DNA of 64,000 bases from an uncultured Lachnoanaerobaculum sp. Its GTDB lineage: Bacteria > Bacillota > Clostridia > Lachnospirales > Lachnospiraceae. The stretch lies in contig CALLVU010000128.1 of the NCBI GenBank assembly GCA_938015485.1, positions 4,427-68,426 on the forward strand. Direction: 5' to 3'. The notes beneath the pieces were generated by a model. That model was not told where the DNA came from. It saw nothing but the letters and a program-made list of their open reading frames with translations, and made no database searches. A program made the translations under genes and the position numbers. Below are positions 56,609-64,000 of the stretch, in pieces (the stretch's first letter is position 1; each line of letters starts with the position of its first letter).

Positions 56609-57770
56609 ACTTGCAATAAAGAGTATTATTGCGAATAAGATGAGATCATTCCTTACCATGCTCGGACTTATCATAGGTGTGTCGGCAGTAGTTATACTGG
56701 TAAGTGTAATGATGGGATATCTGAACAATATGGTGAAGTCCTTTATGGATATGGGAGCCAATACTATAAGCGTCAGCCTTGTAAATACGCCGGCAAGACA
56801 GGCGAGTATTGACCAGATGTATGATTTTTTCAATGAGAACAGGGATGTGTTTTCAGAGATGAGTCCACAGGTAGGTGTAAGCGGGACTATAAAAGTGGGA
56901 ACTACCAAATCCACAAGCACCACGGTAAGCGGTGTAAGCGAATACTACAGTAAGATGAAGAACTACAAGCTTGAAAAGGGAAGAAATCTGTCATATGCGG
57001 ATATGATATCAAGGCAAAAGGTAGTTGTAATAGGTTATTATGTGGCTTTGAAGCTTTTCGGCTCACCGAAGGAGGCTTTAGGTCAGATTATAAAGATAAA
57101 CGGTTCGGCGTTTACGGTCGTGGGTGTTGTGGAAAGGCAGGATAAAAAGCAGTTGTCGGCGAGAGGAAATGACGACTTTGCACTGATGCCTTACTCCACT
57201 GCAGGACAGTTAAACGGTACTTCGGTACCTGATACTTACACATTTGCTACTGTGGATACAAAGGTAAGCGATAAAGCTGTGACTCTTTTGAAAGATTTTT
57301 TAAAGACCATTTATACACAAAAGGAAACATATTTTGTGCAGTCTATGAGTCAGATGCTTAGTGAGATAAATGTACAGATGGCACTTATGAGTACCATCAT
57401 AGGAGCTATAGCAGGTATATCACTCCTGGTTGCAGGTGTAGGTGTTATGAATATCATGCTGGTTTCCGTAACGGAAAGGACCAGAGAGATAGGTATCAGA
57501 AAGGCGCTCGGAGCCAGAAAAGGTGTTATAATGCAGCAATTTGTTATTGAGGCATTGGTTACAAGTACATTGGGAGGCTCTGTAGGTATTTTACTGGGCT
57601 GTGTAGTCAGTCCTACTATAGGCAGATTTATGGGAATGAGTTCACCTGCAAACTTTAATGCGGTGCTTATTTCTTTCAGTGTATCGGTAGCTATAGGTCT
57701 TATATTCGGCTATATGCCGGCTATGAGAGCTGCAAGCCTTAATCCTATAGATGCGCTTAGAAGCGAATAA
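56592..57770 (+). CDS. ABC transporter permease (FtsX/MacB family)
   Basis: ATG at 56592 (MLQSFKLAIKSIIANKMRSFLT). MacB periplasmic domain plus C-terminal FtsX TMs. REIGIRKALGA motif. Confidence 0.85.
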   Translation: MLQSFKLAIKSIIANKMRSFLTMLGLIIGVSAVVILVSVMMGYLNNMVKSFMDMGANTISVSLVNTPARQASIDQMYDFFNENRDVFSEMSPQVGVSGTIKVGTTKSTSTTVSGVSEYYSKMKNYKLEKGRNLSYADMISRQKVVVIGYYVALKLFGSPKEALGQIIKINGSAFTVVGVVERQDKKQLSARGNDDFALMPYSTAGQLNGTSVPDTYTFATVDTKVSDKAVTLLKDFLKTIYTQKETYFVQSMSQMLSEINVQMALMSTIIGAIAGISLLVAGVGVMNIMLVSVTERTREIGIRKALGARKGVIMQQFVIEALVTSTLGGSVGILLGCVVSPTIGRFMGMSSPANFNAVLISFSVSVAIGLIFGYMPAMRAASLNPIDALRSE

Positions 57771-57777
57771 ATTTTTA

Positions 57778-57801
57778 CTCGGGGGAGCCCCCGAGTTTTT
57801 T
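57778..57801 (+). terminator. Rho-independent terminator
   Basis: CTCGGGGG / CCCCCGAG stem followed by TTTTTT. Confidence 0.75.
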
Positions 57802-57916
57802 GGTTCAGTAAATATGTGATAAATTTGGTAGACATTGACGCTATATTGTATTTTAGATGGTAAATTTTAATATAAATTATATTGGCTAATCTACTTATAT
57901 AAGATATACTAAAGAA

Positions 57917-58726
57917 ATGAAGAAATTTTTTTATACATTGTGGGTGTGTTTATACCCTATGATTATTTATTCGGCAGTACAGTTTATGATAATGATTGTG
58001 GCCATATTTGCGTTTATGGTTGCAGGAGTGACATCCTATGATAAGCTGATGGATTCTGTGATTCCGTATTCACTACCGCTTACTGCGGTGAGTGCCGTGA
58101 TTACATTTGTACCTATGATACTGTTTTATTATTTCGATAAGAAAAAAGGCAGAGGCTTTATAGAGAGCAATGCAAAGCCTTTAGACTTTTTGATGGCTGC
58201 TTTAGGAGGAGCGGGAATTGCGATAGTACTCAATGTAATCATAGGCATCAGCGGACTTGCAAACTTAGATACAAGCTTTATGGAAGTAAGCGAGGCTATA
58301 TCAAGTCCGCCGTTTCCTGTTATTTTGCTTTGTACAGGTGTGATAGCTCCGATAATTGAGGAACTTATCTTCAGAGGTTTGGTATTTAACAGGATAAAGT
58401 ACAATTATAATGCTGTAGCGGCATTAATTATATCCGCCATAGCATTCGGTATTTATCACGGAAATCTGACACAGGGTGTATATGCAACTCTTTTGGGGAT
58501 TTGTTTGGCATATGTATATAATAAGACTGAGAACCTGCTTGTGCCTATATGTATACATATAAGTGCGAATGTGATAGTGAATTTTTATGGTAAGCTTAGT
58601 GAGAACTTTGATACGGTAACGAAGTTTTTGGAGTCGGCAGCGATATTTATGGCGGTTCTATTGCTTTGCCTGATATTTGCCATAATAGGAATTATATATT
58701 TTATAAGAAGAAAGGTTAAACAATGA
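57917..58726 (+). CDS. CPBP-family intramembrane glutamic endopeptidase (CAAX protease-like)
   Basis: APIIEELIFRGLVF (EExxxR), FGIYH, ICIHISAN motifs. Multi-TM. Confidence 0.8.
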   Translation: MKKFFYTLWVCLYPMIIYSAVQFMIMIVAIFAFMVAGVTSYDKLMDSVIPYSLPLTAVSAVITFVPMILFYYFDKKKGRGFIESNAKPLDFLMAALGGAGIAIVLNVIIGISGLANLDTSFMEVSEAISSPPFPVILLCTGVIAPIIEELIFRGLVFNRIKYNYNAVAALIISAIAFGIYHGNLTQGVYATLLGICLAYVYNKTENLLVPICIHISANVIVNFYGKLSENFDTVTKFLESAAIFMAVLLLCLIFAIIGIIYFIRRKVKQ

Positions 58727-59742
58727 AAGTTTTAAGTATAGCGGTACCTTGCTTTAATTCGGCGGAGTATATGAGAAAATGCATAGATTCTTTGCTTGTG
58801 GGTAAGGATGATGTGGAGATACTTATTGTCAATGACGGTTCAAATAAGGATGATACAGCCAAGATAGCCGACGAGTATGAGAAGAAGTATCCTACCATAT
58901 GTAAGGCGATTCACAAGGAAAACGGCGGACATGGTGACGCAGTTATGTTCGGACTCAGAGCTGCAACAGGTGAGTTTTTCAAGGTGGTCGACTCTGATGA
59001 CTATCTGGATAAGAAGTCTTTTTTGGAAGTACTCAATAAATTAAAAGAGTTTATCAGAGACAAAGAAAATATTGATATGCTGCTTTGCAACTTTGTGTAT
59101 GACAAGGTGGGAGTAAAGAAGAAAAAGGTAATGACTTACAAGAGGAATTTACCTGTGAATAAGAAGTTTGAGTGGGAAGACATAAAGCCTTTCCATACAG
59201 GACAGTATATCTTGATGCACTCTGTAATATACAGAAGAGAGCTTTTGATTGAGAACGGGCTTGATTTACCGAAGCATACATTCTATGTTGACAATATCTT
59301 TGTATACCAGCCTCTAAAGGCGGTGAAGGATATCTATTACATGGATGTCAATCTGTACAGATATTATATAGGTAGAGAAGATCAGTCTGTAAACGAGCAG
59401 GTTATGATCGGCAGGATAGACCAGCAGATAAGAGTAACCAAGCTTATGCTTGACGCCTTCAATCCGTATGATGTTGTCAATAAGAAGCTTAGAAAGTATC
59501 TTATAAGCTATCTTGAGATAATGATGGTAATATCTTCAATACTTGCAATTCTCTCAAAAGATGAGGAGAATCTGAAAAAGAAAGATGAGCTGTGGAACTA
59601 TCTTAAAGACCACAACCCGAGACTTTACAGAGGAATAAGGAGAGGTGCACTGGGTCAGGCTATGAACCTTCCGGGCAAGGTCGGAAGAAGTATTGCAGTA
59701 GCAGGATATAGAATAGCCAATAAACTTTACGGATTTAACTAA
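58723..59742 (+). CDS. Family-2 glycosyltransferase
   Basis: LSIAVPCFNSAEYMRKCIDSLL, ILIVNDGSNKDDT, VDSDD (DxD). Confidence 0.85.
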   Translation: MKVLSIAVPCFNSAEYMRKCIDSLLVGKDDVEILIVNDGSNKDDTAKIADEYEKKYPTICKAIHKENGGHGDAVMFGLRAATGEFFKVVDSDDYLDKKSFLEVLNKLKEFIRDKENIDMLLCNFVYDKVGVKKKKVMTYKRNLPVNKKFEWEDIKPFHTGQYILMHSVIYRRELLIENGLDLPKHTFYVDNIFVYQPLKAVKDIYYMDVNLYRYYIGREDQSVNEQVMIGRIDQQIRVTKLMLDAFNPYDVVNKKLRKYLISYLEIMMVISSILAILSKDEENLKKKDELWNYLKDHNPRLYRGIRRGALGQAMNLPGKVGRSIAVAGYRIANKLYGFN

Positions 59743-59810
59743 GCGTTTATAGGGGCTTGCAACTGTAATTGCGGGGTGTAGAAAAAACTTAAAAAAATTT
59801 AAAATAATGC

Positions 59811-59839
59811 TTGACATATAGTGGGATTTTTTATATACT
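59811..59839 (+). promoter_or_regulatory. Near-consensus sigma-70 promoter for the tRNA pair
   Basis: TTGACA (59811..59816), 17 nt, TATACT (59834..59839), about 20 nt upstream of tRNA-Val. Confidence 0.65.
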
Positions 59840-59859
59840 TACAGAGCGTTGAACGCAAC

Positions 59860-59932
59860 GGGATCTTAGCTCAGCTGGGAGAGCATCTGCCTTACAAGCA
59901 GAGGGTCACAGGTTCGAGCCCTGTAGGTCCCA
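59860..59932 (+). tRNA. tRNA-Val (anticodon TAC)
   Basis: Hand-folded cloverleaf. Acceptor GGGATCT/AGGTCCC, D arm GCTC..GAGC, anticodon stem TCTGC/GCAGA with loop CTTACAA, T arm ACAGG TTCGAGC CCTGT. No encoded CCA. Confidence 0.85.
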
Positions 59933-59963
59933 CTTTTTCATGTAAAGCATGAATTTAATATAT

Positions 59964-60037
59964 GGCGATGTAGCTCAGTTGGCTAGAGCATACGGTTCAT
60001 ACCCGTAGTGTCGAGAGTTCGAATCTCCCCATCGCTA
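59964..60037 (+). tRNA. tRNA-Met (anticodon CAT, elongator type)
   Basis: Acceptor GGCGATG/CATCGCT, anticodon stem TACGG/CCGTA with loop TTCATAC, T loop TTCGAAT. Resembles Bacillus elongator tRNA-Met rather than the initiator or tRNA-Ile2 (judged from memory). Confidence 0.75.
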
Positions 60038-60052
60038 TTTTTTCCATTTTGT

Positions 60053-60078
60053 CCCGACTTATTTGTCGGGGCCTTTTT
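60053..60078 (+). terminator. Rho-independent terminator after the tRNAs
   Basis: CCCGAC (60053..60058) / GTCGGG (60065..60070), then GCC and TTTTT. Confidence 0.65.
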
Positions 60079-60147
60079 ATTGCAAATTTTAATATTATGA
60101 AAAAGCCGACCTATAATATCAGATTATAAGCCGGCTTATTTTTTAAA

Positions 60148-61560
60148 TTACTTTATCTCAAAACCGAAGTATCTTACTGCATTGTTAAATGAGATATTTT
60201 CTACAAGTTCCTTAAGTGCCTTGTCATCATTAGGATATTGTCCGCTCTCTACCCACTCGCCTACAAGTCCACAAAGTATTCTTCTGAAGTAGTCATGTCT
60301 GGTATATGAGAGGAATGAACGGGAGTCTGTAAGCATACCGTTGAAGTTACCGAAACATCCGAGAGCCGCAAGTGATTTCATCTGAGCTCTCATTCCCTCA
60401 TAGTGATCGTTGAACCACCAAGCCGAACCCTGTTGAACCTTGCCTACAGCGCTTGAGTCCTGGAAGCATCCTATGATTGTACCGATAGAGGCATCATCGT
60501 TAGGGTTGAGAGAGTAAAGGATTACCTTCGGAAGCTCATCTGTTATGGTAAGAGCGTCCAAAAAGTTTGCAAGCTGATCTGCCGGAGCATATCCGCTGAT
60601 AGAATCAAAGCCTGTATCAGGGCCCAGCTTGTCAAACATTGCGGTATTGTTGTTTCTCTTACAACCGAAGTGAAGCTGCATTACCCAGTTAAGCCTGTGG
60701 TACTCTCTGCCAAGGAAAAGAAGAAGAGCGGTCTTATACTGATACTGTTCGATAAGACTTATCTCATCACCTGCAAGTTTCTTTTTCATTATTGCATCAA
60801 TGTCGGCGTCATCAGCCGGGTAGTAATATACGAAGTCAACGCCGTGGTCAGAAACCGAGCATCCGTTTTCGTTGAAGAAATCAAGTCTGTTTTTAAGAGC
60901 AAGCTTCAGACTTTCAAAGTCTTTTACAGATACTCCGCTGACACTTGAAAGTTTTTGAATATACTCATTGTAGTCTGTCTTTTCAATATTTGTTGCCTTA
61001 TCAGGTCTCCAGGCAGGAAGTACACTGAATCCTAAATCGGCTACATCTCTAAGTTTGATATGCCACTCGAGAGAGTCTATAGGGTCGTCTGTTGTACAGA
61101 TAACTTTTACATTTGAGTTTCTTATGATATTTCTTACGCTGAGTTCATCACTTGAGAGTTTCTCCTTTGTAAGGTTCCAAACTTCATCTGCGGTCTCAGG
61201 GCTTAAATGACCTGTGTAGCCGAAGTATTTTTGAAGCTCAAGATGTGACCAGCTGTAGAGAGGATTGCCTATAAGCTTAGGCATAGTGGCGGCCCATGCG
61301 TCAAACTTCTCTCTGTCGGTAGATTCATTTCCTGTTATAAGCTTTTCAGGTACACCGTTTGATCTGATCTGGCGCCATTTGTAGTGGTCACCTCCAAGCC
61401 AAACCTGTGTGATATTGTCAAATTTTTTGTCTTCATATATTTCCTGCGGATTGATATGACAGTGATAGTCGACTATCGGCATCTTCCCTGCATAGTCATG
61501 ATAAAGGTGCTTTGCTGTTTTTGTATCAAGTAAAAAATCCTGATCCATAAAATTGTTCAT
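60148..61560 (-). CDS. uxaC: Glucuronate isomerase
   Basis: ATG (complement) at 61560 after GGAGG. MNNFMDQDFLLDTKTAKHLYHDYAGKMPIVDYHCHINPQEI..., WWFNDH: UxaC signatures. The track's longer N-terminus lacks an RBS. Confidence 0.95.
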   Translation of the reverse strand: MNNFMDQDFLLDTKTAKHLYHDYAGKMPIVDYHCHINPQEIYEDKKFDNITQVWLGGDHYKWRQIRSNGVPEKLITGNESTDREKFDAWAATMPKLIGNPLYSWSHLELQKYFGYTGHLSPETADEVWNLTKEKLSSDELSVRNIIRNSNVKVICTTDDPIDSLEWHIKLRDVADLGFSVLPAWRPDKATNIEKTDYNEYIQKLSSVSGVSVKDFESLKLALKNRLDFFNENGCSVSDHGVDFVYYYPADDADIDAIMKKKLAGDEISLIEQYQYKTALLLFLGREYHRLNWVMQLHFGCKRNNNTAMFDKLGPDTGFDSISGYAPADQLANFLDALTITDELPKVILYSLNPNDDASIGTIIGCFQDSSAVGKVQQGSAWWFNDHYEGMRAQMKSLAALGCFGNFNGMLTDSRSFLSYTRHDYFRRILCGLVGEWVESGQYPNDDKALKELVENISFNNAVRYFGFEIK

Positions 61561-61653
61561 GTTAACCTCCTTAGCCAAACGGCTGCATAAAGTAAAATTT
61601 ATAATAACTACATCTACAGTAGCCATATATCAATAAGTCTGCTTATAAAGACT

Positions 61654-62655
61654 CTAAGCCTTAAAAGTATCTCTTTCAATAATCACAGGCTCAAATACTG
61701 TGATATTTTCAGGCGTTTGTCCGTCAAATACCTCTAAAAGAGTGTTTACACTGTGACTGCAAAGGTCAAAAAGCCTTGAGTCTACAGTGGTAAGTTCAGG
61801 TGATGAGACCTTTGAAAAAATCGAATTATTATATCCGATTATAGATAGGTCTTCAGGTACCGAAATATCATTTTGCTTTGCAAACTTCAGTGCAATCATT
61901 GCCAAAAAATCATCACTTGCAATTATACCGTCGGGGATAAAATTCTCTTTGACAAATTTAAAAAGTGCCGACAAAATACTCTCTATATCGTTTTCCATAC
62001 ATAAAAGAGAGGAAAAAAGGGCACCTGAATGTTCGTACTCTTTACATCCTTTCATAAATCCGTCAAGTTTTCTTTTGGCGGACTGTGATGTGGAGTTGTA
62101 AAGAAAAAGCAGTTTTCTTTTTCCGGCTTCAAATAACATATTTGCACATTTTTTTGTGGCGTTAAAGTCGTCATAGTATGAGCAATATATGTTCTCACCA
62201 GTTAAAGAGCCGTTTATCAAAAGTATGGGCAGGGATTTTGCAGTGTTTTTTATAAGATTTTTATTATCTCTTGAAGATATATATTTTGAGCCTATCATAA
62301 TGACGGCATCCACACTTTTTGAGATAAGTATATCCATATATTTTTTCAGATTCTTCGTATCATAGCCGCTGCAACATAAAAGTGAGTCGTAACCGTTTTT
62401 ACGAAGCATTTTTTCAAAGCAGGACAATGCTCCGGCTACATAGATATCTGAAGGGTCAGAGCAAAGTATACCTATAGTCTTCATAGTATTAAGTCCAAGC
62501 CCTCTTGCAAATACATTAGGAGTAAAACCCAGCTCATCCACTATATCCAAAACCTTTTTCCTTGTTTTCTCACTTACCTTAGGGCTGTTATTGATGACTC
62601 TTGAAACTGTGGCTATAGAGACATTTGCCCTGTTTGCAATATCATATATATTCAT
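61654..62655 (-). CDS. LacI-family transcriptional regulator
   Basis: MNIYDIANRANVSIATVSRVINNSPKVSEKTRKKV (HTH_LacI) plus a periplasmic-binding-protein-like sugar domain. Confidence 0.9.
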   Translation of the reverse strand: MNIYDIANRANVSIATVSRVINNSPKVSEKTRKKVLDIVDELGFTPNVFARGLGLNTMKTIGILCSDPSDIYVAGALSCFEKMLRKNGYDSLLCCSGYDTKNLKKYMDILISKSVDAVIMIGSKYISSRDNKNLIKNTAKSLPILLINGSLTGENIYCSYYDDFNATKKCANMLFEAGKRKLLFLYNSTSQSAKRKLDGFMKGCKEYEHSGALFSSLLCMENDIESILSALFKFVKENFIPDGIIASDDFLAMIALKFAKQNDISVPEDLSIIGYNNSIFSKVSSPELTTVDSRLFDLCSHSVNTLLEVFDGQTPENITVFEPVIIERDTFKA

Positions 62656-62821
62656 AATCCTCCAAGACCGTACAGTAAAGTCTGTAAAAGTATAAATTCA
62701 TAACTTTTACTATACAAGCATATCTGTGTCTTGACAAGCTGTAAAAATCCCTTGTATAATGCGATTGTAAACGCTTACATTTATTATAAGCTTAATACTG
62801 AAATTTGGCAAGGAGTAAGAG

Positions 62822-64000
62822 ATGGATTATATCAAAATCAATGATTCGGATAATGTATGTGTGGCACTGAATGCATTGAAGGCCGGAGAAAAAATCACTA
62901 TAGGGAATGAAAGTGTGGTGACAAACAGTGATATTCCGGCAGGGCATAAGGTGGCATTAAAGGATATAGGTGCAGGTGAAGACATTATCAAGTACGGAAA
63001 CAGAATAGGTCTTGCAAAGGAAGATATAAAGGCGGGAGACCACGTACATACACACAATATAAAGACGGCTCTGGAAGATCTTTTGGAATACAAGTATGTT
63101 CCGAAGATAAAGGAGATAAAGAAGACGGCTCATGAGAGCTTTATGGGATTTAGGAGAGCAAACGGCAAGGTGGGAGTAAGAAATGAGATATGGATTATTC
63201 CTACTGTGGGCTGTGTCAACAATATAGCGCAGGCAATTGAAAGAAGAACAAAGTCTCTTATAAGGGGTAGTGTTGAGGATGTTATAGCATTTGTACACCC
63301 GTACGGTTGCTCACAGATGGGAGACGATCAGGAGAATACAAGAAAGATTCTTGCTGATATGATAAATCATCCTAATGCCGGCGGTGTACTTGTGCTTGGA
63401 CTTGGCTGTGAAAACTCAAATATTCCCGTACTTAAGGAATATCTGGGAGATATAGATGAAAGCAGGGTAAAGTTCCTTATCTCACAAGAGGTGGAAGATG
63501 AGATAGAAACAGGAATTTCACTTATAGAAGAACTTATAAACAATATAGCCGATGAAAAGAGAGAAGAAATAGATGCAAGTGAGCTTATTATCGGGATGAA
63601 ATGCGGAGGTTCGGACGGACTTTCAGGTATCACGGCAAATCCTATAGTCGGAGAGTTCTCAGACATCCTTATTTCAAAGGGCGGAAGTACAATACTTACA
63701 GAGGTACCGGAGATGTTCGGAGCGGAGACACTTCTTATGGAGAGGTGTAAGGACAGAGAGACTTTTGAAAAGACGGTGGCTCTTATAAATGATTTTAAGA
63801 TGTATTTTAAAAATCATAATCAGACTATATATGAAAATCCTTCGCCGGGAAATAAGGCCGGCGGTATATCAACACTTGAAGATAAGTCTCTCGGATGTAC
63901 ACAGAAGTCGGGAAGTGCCAATGTGGTTGATGTGCTTTCTTATGGCGAAACTTTAAAGACAAAGGGCTTAAATTTGCTCTCTTCACCGGGAAATGACCTT
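62822..64000 (+). CDS. uxaA: Altronate dehydratase (3'-partial, runs off the window)
   Basis: Absent from the ORF track because no stop is reached. ATG at 62822 after AGGAG. The manual translation gives DNVCVAL..IPAGHKVAL (SAF domain), GFRRANGKVGVRNEIWIIPTVGCVN, YGCSQ, GLGCE, KCGGSDGLSGITANP, TEVPEMFGAE, NPSPGNKAGGISTLEDKSLG. Confidence 0.9.
   Translation, partial: MDYIKINDSDNVCVALNALKAGEKITIGNESVVTNSDIPAGHKVALKDIGAGEDIIKYGNRIGLAKEDIKAGDHVHTHNIKTALEDLLEYKYVPKIKEIKKTAHESFMGFRRANGKVGVRNEIWIIPTVGCVNNIAQAIERRTKSLIRGSVEDVIAFVHPYGCSQMGDDQENTRKILADMINHPNAGGVLVLGLGCENSNIPVLKEYLGDIDESRVKFLISQEVEDEIETGISLIEELINNIADEKREEIDASELIIGMKCGGSDGLSGITANPIVGEFSDILISKGGSTILTEVPEMFGAETLLMERCKDRETFEKTVALINDFKMYFKNHNQTIYENPSPGNKAGGISTLEDKSLGCTQKSGSANVVDVLSYGETLKTKGLNLLSSPGNDL

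Noticed and set aside
60100-60147. Possible terminator for uxaC (palindrome AAGCCGGCTT and TATAAT..ATTATA).
   Set aside because: The GC palindrome has no loop and the other stem is only 6 AT pairs, so the structure is unconvincing.

Overview
Low-GC Firmicutes (Clostridia-like) chromosomal segment, almost all genes on the + strand. About 1.3-31.1 kb is a type VIIb (Ess/Yuk-type) secretion island. It holds the core genes esxA, esaA, essA, esaB, essB and essC. The esxA-led effector module is tandemly duplicated with reciprocal decay, and its intact copy encodes a lipase-fold protein followed by three WXG100-like helper genes. A four-gene LXG-effector module occurs twice; one copy is interrupted by an in-frame TAG. 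There is also a 5'-truncated RHS toxin fragment with lipoprotein immunity candidates, and three orphan cassettes. Each cassette encodes a TM-anchored mini-LRR protein and a TM-anchored paralogue of the LXG effector body. The island ends exactly at glpK, whose RBS and first 5 codons are duplicated inside the array. The rest (31.1-64 kb) is mostly housekeeping: glpK, chorismate mutase, gldA, an Fe-ADH, zur plus a Zn ABC transporter, gpmI, a MacAB-like efflux system, tRNA-Val and tRNA-Met, and uxaC, a LacI regulator and uxaA. It is interrupted by a gene-decay zone at 36.4-41.4 kb and by an uncharacterised four-gene cassette at 41.4-44.9 kb (two COG3541-type nucleotidyltransferases, a HipA-family kinase and a DUF3037-like protein). 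All family names are recognised from motifs by eye or from memory; no searches were run.
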